Made by a program: the position numbers and the translations under genes. The notes under the pieces are model-generated. The model saw only the letters and a program-made list of their open reading frames with translations, ran no database searches and was not told the origin of the DNA. A stretch of 61,748 nt of DNA from contig JBFLGF010000013.1 in assembly GCA_050230475.1 (NCBI GenBank), forward strand, positions 62,001-123,748. The letters run 5' to 3'. Source of the DNA: Ancylonema sp. Its lineage: Eukaryota. Within the stretch, counting starts at the first letter, position 1; each line of letters starts with the position of its first letter. Below are positions 24,165 to 39,784 of the stretch, piece by piece.

Positions 24165-24848
24165 TTGTCGTGTAAATCTATGTCTGAAGAATTAAAACCT
24201 TCCGCGCCAGAAACTCGAATTATTAAATCCTTCGCGTTAAAAATACCCGTGCCCGTGCTTACCGTGATAGTCAATACACCTAAATACACCTAAATACACC
24301 TAAATAATTATTTGCGTGCGCATTATAACGAGCATTTTAGAATGATTTTTTTGGTGGCGCATTATAACGCGCATTCAATGAAGTTTAATAATTAAATGTA
24401 GGCGCATCGGGAGGCGCATTTGCAGTTTTGTCTTTAAAAAAAACCCCCAAAAAAAAAAAAAAAAATCTGCCAGAGCGCTATTGGACGGCGCATTTGAACG
24501 CGCATTATAGAATTTTATTAATTCAAAATCGAAAAGTGTTATTGAATATCAATCACTACGGTATATCGACTCCAGGCATCGGACTTTCACCTGCGTGTCT
24601 GTTTGACTTGCTGAAGACTGTCATATCAGCTTGCGTGGGTGCGTGTCCTAGCCGCTGGGTACAAACGGGCAGCTACCCGACATACCTTTTTAAAACTTCA
24701 TACATCGAGGCGATAGCATCAGTACTGAGTATGACTAAGTCTATTAGGATGCGCACAGCAGCAGCTGCTATTGATTTGGAAACATACAGACGACCTATAT
24801 CTCATTTTTCCCGCTAGGATAGCAAAGATTGGATGATCGCGACTGGCA

Positions 24849-26853
<2,005 letters not shown>

Positions 26854-27364
26854 CGATTTCGGTCATGGACATGAGCACAATCTCTCTCATGGTCGATGAT
26901 GGTCATAAAAATTGCTTCCCCACCCATCGAGCATCTCTTGCACAACAACGGCACTCAACGGCAAGACTTACGGTAAGACTTGTGGTAGGACTTACGGCGA
27001 CACTTTCCCCTCCACACAATCATTGCGAAGTCATAGCTGGAATAATTAATGCACGCCACACATTCGTCAATGCCATGGACATCAAGTGAAATATGCATTT
27101 CACATGCAACTTTCTCCATCTTTTATAACCGAGGATAACAGTAGAAAAATCCATCAGAAACGTTTTATATTCAACCACAAATTCCTTTTGAAAGAGTTTC
27201 TCTGATGCAGAAAAATGAAAACGTCACTCTGAGGGTGGGACTCAAGAATATTGTCGAAATGTTGATTTCTCTATCCACTAAGAGCATGACGTATGGACAC
27301 TCTTCCGCACACAGCAACAAGATTTTTGGTTTTGATTTTTGATTTTTGGTCGGTGTTTTTGTCA

Positions 27365-27461
27365 AGTGCGGAAGAGTCTTGAAAGTGCGGACGAGATGAG
27401 ACTCGATCGCACTGTGCGGAAGAGTCTCATCTCTTCCGCACTTTCAAAACTCTTCCGCACT
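27365..27461. repeat. Inverted repeat with 40-bp arms (38/40) built from GTGCGGAAGAG units
   Basis: 27365-27404 is the reverse complement of 27422-27461 with two mismatches. Confidence 0.9.
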
Positions 27462-28921
27462 ATTTCGTCGTGTCGCGTTTATGAGGAACTCGCCATATTG
27501 TGAAGCTCTTGTTACGACAATTGACGACTAATGCCGGAGAGCAAGAAATGAATATTACTATGTTTGCATTGTTAGCTTGAACGCTTTCAGTGAAGGAAGA
27601 ATTGATGAAAAGAAACATTACAAGAGTCTTATGTAGTGACGCTAATCGAGTCGGATTCTCAACTAGCAAATGTTCTAGGCTCAACTAGTTTGTTCTGATC
27701 TGGTCGATAGATGCGATCGACACTCTCTGACGGAACCATGTGCATAACGCGCTGAAAAACTTCGAGTTGCGAGCTGCGGTTCGTGCGGTTCGTGCGGTTC
27801 GTGCGGTTCGTGCCGCAGCTCGCAAGAGAGAGATCCGTGAATCGGTGACGATGACCGTGTTTAGCGTTGACTAAAAGTTCCGAGGAAATTGATCGATCGA
27901 CTTTGGCGCCGCACGGTAAATTCTTGCGCCTGCTGCTCACAAATCCCTTGCAGATCCTTTCCAGCAAGCGCCAGGTTACATCTCCTTCGCGCCCCATACC
28001 GTACGCCGCACTGGGCCCGGGCGCCAAACCCGGGCGCTTATATCGACTTCAGGCACAGGAACGTTCGTGTCTGTCTGACTTGATGAACTGTCATATTATT
28101 AGCATAATTATTAGCATATTATTAGCATGCGGGCAATGCATTGCCTCTTCAGGAAAAGTGGGCAGCTACAAGAGATGCAAACTTTTAAATTTAATGTGTC
28201 GAAGGGATTACGGCAACATGGATTGCAACTCAGTCTATGAGGATACGCACAGCAGCAGCTGCTAGTGATTTGGAAACAAACATACCTTCTGTATCTCATT
28301 TTTCCCGCTAGGATAGCAAAGATTGGATGATCGCGACTGGCAATGCTTTCTTTGAGACTTCTTCATCGGATGGATAGGTCAACCTTGCGCCTAAATTGTT
28401 CCCCTCCGTATTTGTTCCAACAGACTTGCTCTGTCCCGCGAATGCAAGTTAGTGTTTTAAACCTTGCCTGATCCAACTCTGAACAACTCAAGGTACCGCT
28501 GCCAGATCAATATCTGGTTGACGTATGCAGTCTCTGTCCTGATTTTCGAATAGCAAGAGTGATGTAAAATCGGACACATCCCCTGGCTACCATCATTAAA
28601 ATTATGCGCACGTCATTGCAATCGTATGTCGACCGTAACTTACCAGTTTCGGATGTTATGCGTGGGACGAGACATGAATCAAGTTTTGCAGATGTACAAG
28701 ATGAACATGCTTTGATATCAGAATCAGTCTAAACTACGCTTCATACACAGGAGAGTGCCTGCCTGCTGCGGTGTCCACACGGCTCCGCTTCAACTCTTGA
28801 AATCTCCCCTCGCGGCGCGCTCCCACATGGCAACGACAGCTTTCAGCTCAAGTCTCTGACACGGGTGGCTGCTCAAGCATCGCAATTCTCTTTCCCGCTT
28901 TCTCTGCCTTCCGACCACAAA

Positions 28922-30242
28922 ATGTCTACCCCATTCCAGAAGGGCCTCATTCCCTTCCTCCAGCAGCAGAACCAGCAATTATTGCTTGCAACCGACTTTG
29001 ACTGTACCTGTACTGACTTTGACTCAAGCCCCATCCTGGGCGAGCTTGGGATTGGTTCTTCTCCTAAGAGTACCGACAGGCGGGGGATCTGGATTAATTT
29101 GGTAGAGACATACATGGAGGCCTCTGCAAACTTTTTCCTCCCATCTAATACCATCATGAATTCCCATCAAAATACCACCTCTGACATTGAAAATGTGGCA
29201 TATATTGGCGATTCTATCTCCGGAAGCAGGGAGCGTATAGGAGAGGCTATTGATCCCGCCTCACTCCGCTCTTTCCTCACAAGTTTGGGAGAGTTTGAGA
29301 TCCAGATGAATAAACGAGTGGAAGATTCTGGGATACTGAGAGGAATTTCAGAAGAGGCTCTTGATGCCAGGGCCCGAGAAATGTATTTAAGACCGAATTG
29401 TGCCTCAGTTCTACAACGAGTGGCGAGTATGGGTATCGATGTTAAAGTGATTAGTGTGTGTTGGAGCGGGCGATTGATTGAAAAGGCGATGGAGAAGAAT
29501 TCGCTGAGCGCAATGCCGAGAGCAGGTAGGTCGCTTATTTCAAGCATCTAGTCCCTTTGGATAGACACCGTTTGCAGGTGGTGTCCATGCCATCATGGTT
29601 TCAAGTACCAAGCTATAATATTCAATGAAGTTCTGTCACGAAGTTCTTTGCATGAATTGCGGGGGAGAGGAGAGGGTATAATCAATGTAAAATGATGGTC
29701 ATGAGCACGATGGAATGAGTGAGAAGGACGGTAAATGGATTTTATTTTTGTGTTCTTCAATCGATTTGTGTTATTACATCCATTGACGACGCACCTCATA
29801 GAAAATGCGAAATATGAATGCCACTAACATGTTGTTTGTGATTTGCATGCCTCCAGGGTTGGTGGTCGCCAACGACCTTGAAATGGAATCGCAAGTTTCG
29901 ACCGGAAAAATCACGTGGCGTGTGCAAAATGCACTCCACAAAGAACGAGAATTAGTAAAGCTCTTATCAAATGCAAAAGAAAGAGGGGAGCGACAATGTT
30001 GTGTATTTGTTGGTGATAGCTTGACGGATTTGCTAGCTTTATTACATGCTGATATTGGCATCATAATAGGAAACAATGCGTCTCTTAATCGAATCATGAA
30101 ACTCTATGGTGTGGTGACAAGGCCTCTCACAGAGCTTGTCATGCCTTGCATTGAAACAAGATCAGAGTCGGCATTCATGCTGTTGTACACAGTCAAGAGC
30201 TGGGAGGAAATTGATACGTTTCTGTTCAATGACACATCTTAA
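28922..30242 (+). CDS. TH2-like HAD (putative thiamine-phosphate phosphatase) copy 2, stand-alone HAD domain; exons 28922-29525, 29857-30242
   Basis: LATDFDCTCTDFDSSPILGELG...RVEDSGILRGI...ISVCWSGRLI...ANDL...STGKI...K...[21 protein letters not shown]...[10 protein letters not shown] is collinear with the HAD half of plant TH2. The upstream exon (ATG 28343) has TGA at 28469. Confidence 0.85.
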
Positions 30243-31917
30243 CGATTTCGCCCATGGATATGAGCACAATCTGTCTGATGGTCGATGATGGTCATGAAAA
30301 TTGTTTCCCCACCCATCGAGCATCTCTTGCACAAGTTTTGCACAAAGAAGATTGAGAGCTCGGATGCCTAAGTCGTTCAATATCCAAAGTGGCCTTGCCT
30401 TGTATGCAGGTTGCTCGCTCCATTTTGGTGGGCATTACATGGAACCTTGGGATGATCTACACAAAAATAAATGAGAATGGGCATTGTCACTTGCAAACAA
30501 GTTGTACATGAGAGGCAAGCCAACACGCCAGTTACCCAATTGTCGCATCATGTGAATCGCATGGGTAGTAGGGTCACCATGGTGGCATGTCTAAAAGACT
30601 CACGGCAATATTTTTCCCTCCATACAACCATTGCAAAGTCAATGATTGAGTAGTAGGTGTGTCCTTCAACTATCGCAAACACGCAACTTTATTGACAAAT
30701 CGATCACGAAGTAGCTACGCAAGCCCTTGCAAAAATACAATTTGTTGGTCAAGGACGTTAGAGCATGAGAGCATTCGTTCGACATTGTATCAGACACCAC
30801 TCATCTTTCAATGACATGGACATCAACTGAAATACACATTTCTCATGCAACTTTCACCATCTTTTACGTCTGTGGATATATGTAGGGGATGCCACCACAA
30901 ACGTTATATATTAGACCATAAACTCTAAATTTCTTTCGAAAAAGTTTATACGATTCAGAAAAATTAATACATCACTCCGAGGGTGGGGCTTGGAAAACTT
31001 GTCGAAATGATTTTTTCTCTATCCACTCCTCCGTTCTTTTTTGGTTGTGGATTTTTTTCACACCCTAAGATTACTTTTGGTCATTCTAGCCGCCGCGAAA
31101 AACAAGTGTGGACAGCGATCAAGCGAAGTGGTTGCGGGAGTCAAAGCTTGTGACGACTTATCAATAGTAATTTGTTCATTCTTAAACTTATCTCCGACCT
31201 TCGCTTGTTGAGTTTCCAAGTAAAGTGAGCGCGATCTTCCTAGCAATATCGGGGAATAGCAAGTAACAAGAAACGCCACAAATGATCAACAAAGACAAGA
31301 GCACGACACATTTCACTTGAATTTGTGAGTGGACAACATTGAATGGACCGTGATGGGTAAGATGTTTCGAAAAATGTGGAATCTTTGTCCCTGTACGAAT
31401 CGAGTCAACCTCAGTCAACCATACCTGAGTTGTAATCAGCCTCTTCTAAACAACCAAACACGTTGAGTTTAACTACCCATCCGCAAATACACATTAGGTC
31501 GCTCCACTCGACCCAAAACCTCCATCAAGAACAACCCAATCTATTGCGCGTGACAATGCATCAGAGGCGATAGATTCGTAGTTCCCTTCCCCCATCCCCC
31601 AAAAAAAATTCAATCAACCCCTTCCCCTACACAACCACTCCCCCCTCACCCCACTATCCACCCTAGACTCCCAACCCCCCAACCCCTTCCCCCTCCCCAG
31701 AATCCGCAATTCGCACGCCACTTGAACCCCTTCCCAACCCGCCATCCGTCCCGTTCCCAGCCCCGGTTCCATTCGCCGTCCAATTGGGGGAGCGACACAT
31801 GCAGTCTGGAGCCGGGTAGGTGTAGATGGATTGCGTTTGCTGTCGTTCTATCACTCCACCCTGTCTGCGCTCGTGGTGGACCAAGGTGGCGTTCTGGAAC
31901 TCCGCCCATGTCGTTAA

Positions 31918-33929
31918 CGGAAAAATCACGTGGCGTGTGCAAAATGCACTCCACAAAGAACGAGAATTAGTAAAGCTCTTATCAAATGCAAAAGAAAGAG
32001 GGGAGCGACAATGTTGTGTATTTGTTGGTGATAGCTTGACGGATTTGCTAGCTTTATTACATGCTGATATTGGCATCATAATAGGAAACAATGCGTCTCT
32101 TAATCGAATCATGAAACTCTATGGTGTGGTGACAAGGCCTCTCACAGAGCTTGTCATGCCTTGCATTGAAACAAGATCAGAGTCGGCATTCATGCTGTTG
32201 TACACAGTCAAGAGCTGGGAGGAAATTGATACGTTTCTGTTCAATGACACATCTTAACGATTTCGCCCATGGATATGAGCACAATCTGTCTGATGGTCGA
32301 TGATGGTCATGAAAATTGTTTCCCCACCCATCGAGCATCTCTTGCACAAGTTTTGCACAAAGAAGATTGAGAGCTCGGATGCCTAAGTCGTTCAATATCC
32401 AAAGTGGCCTTGCCTTGTATGCAGGTTGCTCGCTCCATTTTGGTGGGCATTACATGGAACCTTGGGATGATCTACACAAAAATAAATGAGAATGGGCATT
32501 GTCACTTGCAAACAAGTTGTACATGAGAGGCAAGCCAACACGCCAGTTACCCAATTGTCGCATCATGTGAATCGCATGGGTAGTAGGGTCACCATGGTGG
32601 CATGTCTAAAAGACTCACGGCAATATTTTTCCCTCCATACAACCATTGCAAAGTCAATGATTGAGTAGTAGGTGTGTCCTTCAACTATCGCAAACACGCA
32701 ACTTTATTGACAAATCGATCACGAAGTAGCTACGCAAGCCCTTGCAAAAATACAATTTGTTGGTCAAGGACGTTAGAGCATGAGAGCATTCGTTCGACAT
32801 TGTATCAGACACCACTCATCTTTCAATGACATGGACATCAACTGAAATACACATTTCTCATGCAACTTTCACCATCTTTTACGTCTGTGGATATATGTAG
32901 GGGATGCCACCACAAACGTTATATATTAGACCATAAACTCTAAATTTCTTTCGAAAAAGTTTATACGATTCAGAAAAATTAATACATCACTCCGAGGGTG
33001 GGGCTTGGAAAACTTGTCGAAATGATTTTTTCTCTATCCACTCCTCCGTTCTTTTTTGGTTGTGGATTTTTTTCACACCCTAAGATTACTTTTGGTCATT
33101 CTAGCCGCCGCGAAAAACAAGTGTGGACAGCGATCAAGCGAAGTGGTTGCGGGAGTCAAAGCTTGTGACGACTTATCAATAGTAATTTGTTCATTCTTAA
33201 ACTTATCTCCGACCTTCGCTTGTTGAGTTTCCAAGTAAAGTGAGCGCGATCTTCCTAGCAATATCGGGGAATAGCAAGTAACAAGAAACGCCACAAATGA
33301 TCAACAAAGACAAGAGCACGACACATTTCACTTGAATTTGTGAGTGGACAACATTGAATGGACCGTGATGGGTAAGATGTTTCGAAAAATGTGGAATCTT
33401 TGTCCCTGTACGAATCGAGTCAACCTCAGTCAACCATACCTGAGTTGTAATCAGCCTCTTCTAAACAACCAAACACGTTGAGTTTAACTACCCATCCGCA
33501 AATACACATTAGGTCGCTCCACTCGACCCAAAACCTCCATCAAGAACAACCCAATCTATTGCGCGTGACAATGCATCAGAGGCGATAGATTCGTAGTTCC
33601 CTTCCCCCATCCCCCAAAAAAAATTCAATCAACCCCTTCCCCTACACAACCACTCCCCCCTCACCCCACTATCCACCCTAGACTCCCAACCCCCCAACCC
33701 CTTCCCCCTCCCCAGAATCCGCAATTCGCACGCCACTTGAACCCCTTCCCAACCCGCCATCCGTCCCGTTCCCAGCCCCGGGTCCATTCGCCGTCCAATT
33801 GGGGGAGCGACACATGCAGTCTGGAGCCGGGTAGGTGTAGATGGATTGCGTTTGCTGTCGTTCTATCACTCCACCCTGTCTGCGCTCGTGGTGGACCAAG
33901 GTGGCGTTCTGGAACTCCGCCCATGTCGT
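31918..33929. repeat. Near-identical direct duplicate of 29903-31914 (probable assembly artefact)
   Basis: Offset 2015 with only one substitution noticed; the junction fuses the OFUT last exon to the HAD last exon. Confidence 0.85.
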
Positions 33930-36900
33930 CAAAGGGTCGCCGAACGACGTGGCCAGTTTCGTGATGTACGGATTTATGCTCTTCTTCACTCCACAAAACT
34001 GGCGGGCGGCGTACTGCGCAATCGGATGGACTCGTTTGTTGAAGAACGAAATACATTTTGGGTTTGGGAACAACGTTGGGCCATCGAAATGGACATAACC
34101 CCATTGCCATTCTTTAAGCCCCAAACCCAGCACTCCGAACCTCGATCCCAACCCCTTCACCCTACCCAACCCCCCCAACCCCCCAACCCCCCAACCCCCT
34201 ACCTGAGATGGCCCATCCCCATCTTACCACCACATTGTGCATATTCCCAGCCGAAGCCGACACAAATACATCGCTCTGCAGAGACACCAGAAAGTCGAGC
34301 GCCGCCAGATGGGACGCCCTCCCCTCAAACGCTTCCAGCTCCTCTGGCGTGGCCAGCGCATACTTGTCCACCATGAGGGGGAACAGCTCCCTCAGGGGGG
34401 CCATGCGAGCCGCCCCCCCGTACACCTCGTAGGAGGCGAGGTACAGACGCGTGCTGTTGCTGAACCCTGTGGCGGCCAGCATGAGCCCGATTTCTTCGGG
34501 TGTGAGCGGGCATTTTCCACTCTTTCGCAGCTCTTCTGCCGAGTACTGCAGCTTGTCTACCCGGTTCTGCCACGCGAACGACCGATACTTGCGCATCACC
34601 CGCCGCTCCGCCCGCCCCCCCCCGTAGTCGCACACAGACTGCGCCACCATGTCCTGCCAGGTGAGAGCCACAGAGCGCCAGGTGGAAGCCACAGAGAGGA
34701 GGGTGGGACCCAAAAAAGAGGGCGATGCGTGTCCTCACCTTATCAAACCTCAAATGCAGTCCCAAATATTTGGCCACCTCCCCTCCACCCCCCCCAGCCC
34801 CGCTTCCCTTCCCCACATTCTCCAGCGCCCTCTCCACCTCCTGCCCCACCCCGACACCTGGCAGGTAGAGCTGCGGCGCTCTCAGCCTCTGCACGATGGT
34901 CTTGCCCAGCGCCTCGATCCTCGCCGTGAAGCGCAGCCAGCGGTACAGCACGCGGCACCGCAGCTTCTGGATATCCGCATGGAGGCCGTCGAAGGACAGG
35001 CGGTGGGCGAAGGGGGCGATGGCTACAATGCCGTGTCTGGGATGGGAGGGAGGGAGGGGGGATCCGAATTATGGCAATGTGTCCCCATGGGCAGGGGGTG
35101 TGGGGTTTAGAGGTCATGGCGTCAGAATCAGGTTTTGTGATTCAGGGTGTGTTCACGGTTTCTGGTTCGAGCGTGAGATTTAGGGTGTTCCGTGGGGGGA
35201 GGGGGGGCACCTCTGGATGGTGGGGAGGACGTTCTGGTAGTACCACTCGGGCGTGGCGTGGGGGGGGGCATTCTTCACGCGTGTCTTCACATGCTTGTGT
35301 TCGCCGTGGGCCGGCTTTTTGTAGAACTCGCGGGTGCTCCACGCCAGGTGGTCAGGGAGCTGACGCACGATGCTGACGTCATCCTTCAGACCAGCAATGA
35401 GGAAATCCACGTCGAAAATCTCGCCGAACGAGCTGCAGGAACCAAAATGCTCATTTTTTTTGTTTTTTATTTTAATTCTGCTGCCCCCTCCCCTTCTTTT
35501 GTTGCCTTCGCATCAATGGTCCTGGAAGCGTGATAGGTACTTCTGGGTGTCATCATCCGAAATCAGTACCTCGCGTCTTGCCACACAGGGTTGATTTCGA
35601 GTTCTGGCAGCAGGAGAGTGGCGTTGAGCAGCCGCGCCAGAGCCACTGCATTGCAAACCTGAACCCCAAACCCCATAACAAACCCCATCACAAACCCTGA
35701 CCCCAAACCCCCAACCCTAACCCTAACCCTAACCCTAACCCCAACCCGTACTCTCACCCTTACTCTCACCCTAATGCACCTTCTCATTCTAACCCTGACC
35801 CTTATCTTATCCTTACCCTGGCCCTCACCCTTGCATTGCCCTCAACCCTAATCGAAACTGCCGAGCAGCCGCCCCCTCTCCGACTCTCACATGACTCACT
35901 TCGACTGCAAACCACAGGTACTGACCACAGTTAAAGATGGGGCGCCTCACCCCAATCCTCTGTTGGTTGAGCCCCCCCTCCAGCCACACTTGCAGGTAGC
36001 CCCAGGTGTCCGCCTCCCCAGGTGCTGCCAACATACACCCCCCCTTGGCAGATAAGTACGGCTACCCTTCTGGAAGCATCCAATGGACTTTTTGCAGGGC
36101 ATGTGATTTTCACTGGCCCCTTTTTCCTCCATATTGCCGTATGCTCGCCTCGTATCTGCCGCATTCCTGCCAACAATTTTGCCGACAATTCTGCCGACAA
36201 TTCTGCCGAAAATTTTGCCGACATGTTTGCCAGCATTTTTTCTGACATGTGCGTAACAACATTTCCCACACATCACCCACATCTCTGCCATGTACTGCAA
36301 CGTTATTGCCACAGTGTTTGTTGGGATGATTTATTTTTGCCACCTGGTCCATATTCTGCCGTGGGTTGGATGCAGGGCTCCCAGCCTTCGCTATCGGGGG
36401 GGTCCCATAACTCCGGCGGTTCTTCCGAATCCTGACCCCCAGGGGTTTGACAGGGGATCCGACAATGAGCCTGTTCTGTGGCGGAATGAGGGTTTAGCTG
36501 ACAGATTTTGCCGTCTTTTGCCGGAAGCAGAGGCTCATACCTCTCATTGGTGTCATTCTCAGTTCTTCAATTGCCGTGGATTTACCACTAGTACTCTCAC
36601 TACTGTTATGTGAATCATTGTAATCACAACCAAAATTGAGATCAGTGTAGGAATTCGCATCTCAGACATGACTATCAGGTTCTTTAATCACCATTAGACT
36701 TAGTGATTTTCTCGATGAATATCTCAGTCATCACCATAATTGCTGTCAACATAATGACCATTGTCGTATATAGATTATAATTGATACCACCACAATTGAT
36801 CTCACTATCTGATAATTGTCACGGTCATTATCATATTCATTGCCAGCTGTTGGAATATACTCGCTTACTTTAGTGTAGACACTGTTTTCTCTACTCAGTT

Positions 36901-37894
36901 TCGTGAGAATTGCTTCCCCCCTCGTTGTAAACAATGACGTCAGTGGAGTCGCGAAAACGCATGCCAGCCCCACAGATTCAATACGTTTTCCATTTCTGAC
37001 GTCTATTGTATGACTCTCAAGTAGCACAATTTTTGTTTCTTTTATTGTTTTTTTGTAATTTTTTGTTTGTTATTTTGAGTGTACCTATCTTGCGATCAGA
37101 TACATGCAAAAGCAGCCGTTCAAATTGACAGTCGTGGACGGACATCGATACATGTATGTACTGATGTGCATACATACACTCTTGCACACAGTGCATGCCT
37201 ACATCACCAACCTGGTCCCGATAATTCCGACAAAGACTTTACCGAAACCGATACCGCGCTTATTACCGAGAACTACCCCCCTCAAAAAGGAACGTGTCAC
37301 TCACTCTATCGAGACAGCTGTCAAGAAGAGATGGATGGCGCACGTGAGGCGGTACCCAATCCTGTGAGCTCGACCAAAAACGCAGAGTTGGAAGTAAAGC
37401 ATGTACAAATTCACAACCATTCTACTCTATCATCGCGAGAAATGTGATGATTACGTCGTATGTTCACTGGGTATAACAATAGGAGGGGGGAGGGCTTCAG
37501 CTTCAATGTTTTTGCAGGGGTACATGTAAAATATGAACTTTTCCAAGCGAGAGGCAAGAGAAATGGGAGGTCATCTCTTATATTACACTCCATCAGTATA
37601 TGTGTACAGCTTACTGGTACAAGCAACTGTCACTGGGTACTGCATACTGGTTACTGTAGACGGGTCGCCGGTTTCTAGTTACTCGTGACTCAGTCAGATA
37701 CTGACCGAGAGAATCAGACTGTCCCACATGCCGGGGGCACTCAAGAGTTGCGGTTGAGTGCTGAGCCATATAAGGCCTATGGCAAAAATAACAGGGGCCA
37801 GCAGATCCAGACCCAAGCCTTTCCGCCAGAACCCGCGATTTGGGCGACTACTCTTCCAGTTGTCTTCAACTCGAGCGCCAAGAGACGGACGCAT
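33678..37894 (-). CDS. Plant O-fucosyltransferase family (GT106-like) type II membrane glycosyltransferase, multi-exon
   Basis: Exon 1 37894-37706 encodes a TM anchor (LLAPVIFAIGLIWL). Later exons give ELWDPPDSEGWEPC, GYLQVWLEGGLNQQRIG, VCNAVALARLLNATLLLP, FGEIFDVDF, HRLSFD..IQKLRCRV, YLGLHLRFDKDM, GKCPLTPEEIGLMLAATGF, LAALDFLVSLQSDVFV and QSIYTYPAPDCMC. Small stem-region exons (36.4-37.4 kb) are uncertain. Confidence 0.9.
35660..35860. repeat. Telomere-like (CCCTAA)n and degenerate variants in OFUT intron
   Basis: aaccctaaccctaaccctaaccctaacc at ~35713-35740. Confidence 0.8.
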
Positions 37895-39784
37895 CACGCA
37901 GGTATCACTCTTTGAAATTCTTCAGGACACAAAACACAATGTCGTGTGCAAGCAATCGCGTCATGGTCGGGGCGCTCTACACCTTCCACCTACCCTGCGT
38001 TGTGACAGCCTCCACTTTGAGGCGGAAACTAATGCGTGGTGCACATTGTTGATTGTATCCTGAGTGGCTGTATGGTCGTAGAGATCTGCACGGAGAACAA
38101 GCATGCCCGACACCTTCGGCGCGAAGGGAGGAGGGACCGACTCCGGATTCAGATTCGGGTGCGCTCACTGCGGATTCAGGTTCACATCAGTCGCAATTCT
38201 GAGCGGGCGCAAATGATATGCCGTCGCATGGTCTATCAGCGTTGTATTTCTTTATAACGGGTCACTTCATAATTGCTGTAACCAGGAACCGAACTACTAT
38301 TCTCAACCGTGGTCGGGACGGTCGACCCGACCTCGGACCAGTTATTCGCGCTCTCGAGTCTCAACAACCCTTCAAATATTTGGCGCCAAATCATATCTTC
38401 AATGGCAGAGTTAGAGAGACCTTTCGCAGCAAGCGAAACACTACCTTTTCTTCTACGATGGCTCTTGCAAGCTAGTTGAGCGCAAACTCACCATCGCCGT
38501 CTCTGGCTCTCAGCGTTGGATCGCTAGACTTTGTGGTCCGCAGCAAATTGGCTCTCAATCAGATGAGACGTCACATCTAAATCAATTCTGGCCATTCGCG
38601 CCCACTTTGCTCATAGTTGCCACCAAGAAGAGAGCTCCGGCCTGCAACAGAGCAGCTGTGAAATAATTTCTTCCTATTTCGCGGTGACGATCCAAGCTCT
38701 GTAAAGAGACGCACGGGATTCACAGCGGCTTAAAGGTTCATAAAATGATAGACGAACGCATCTAAATCTTGTGTTTCAACCGTACTCGAAAACTCACCGC
38801 CACAGTCGTAACTAACAAAGAACAAATATATATGTCAAGGCGTGGCGCCACCCATGCGGATGAATCAGGCCCATCGCATCGAAGGAGGAGGGACGAGGCG
38901 GAAGACTTGGAAGATGAAGAAGATGAGAGGGAGGAGGAAGAAGGGACCGAGAATGTAGATCCGGAAGACCGTCCTCCTACAAATACTCCGGTATGAAGAC
39001 AGACAGGGAGCACGGACTTGTGCATCAATCAAGACTTTAAAACTATTACTCCTAGTTTTCCATATTTGTCCGACACGTGTAGCCCGCATTGCACCATCGT
39101 CAGCACGTTGCTCTGATGTACCGCTCTCTGGTCGCAGAAATTCATCCCAAACCACTCGACCACCTTTCCCCTCTTCTCTTCTTAACCAACCATCTTTATT
39201 CGTGAATGATTCCATAAAGGGGAATGAAGAATGGTACTGGACATGAGTTGCAATAAAGATGTCTCTGAACTTTTAAGACATCTGAATCAATCTTTGTTCA
39301 AAGTGTGCAACTTCTGTGTTTTGACACACAGCTGTCACTTGACTCTTTCTACTATCGAACCTTCACACCGAGGATCTGAACACCAACCAACCAACCATCC
39401 AATCGACCAACCAGAATGTCTCTAGTGAGTACATGGAGTGCGTTCAGATAACCCACCTTCCTCGACATTCGGTATTTTTTGCAGGAAGAATATGAGGAGG
39501 CTGCAAACAATGCTTTAGCAGATCCCGTTTGCTCTGATCACTCCTCGGAGGTGAGACTTGAGTCCTCACCATGGGGTCTCAATTGAGGTACCGCTGGGAT
39601 TGAGTCTCTGTAGTTGGGTACAGAGACAAATTAGATCTACTTTCGGATGAAAGAACCTACATACAAGTTTCTTCCACTTCTGCCAGTCCTGGCGGTTCTG
39701 CCGGTTCTGCCACTTCTGCCACTTCTGCCACTTCTCCCAGTTCTGCCAGTTCTGCCAGTTCTGCCAATCTGAGTGGAATCAANA

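Noticed and set aside
31646..32257. ORFs joining OFUT and HAD sequence as a novel fusion gene
   Set aside because: They span the junction of a near-identical duplication and join opposite-strand fragments.
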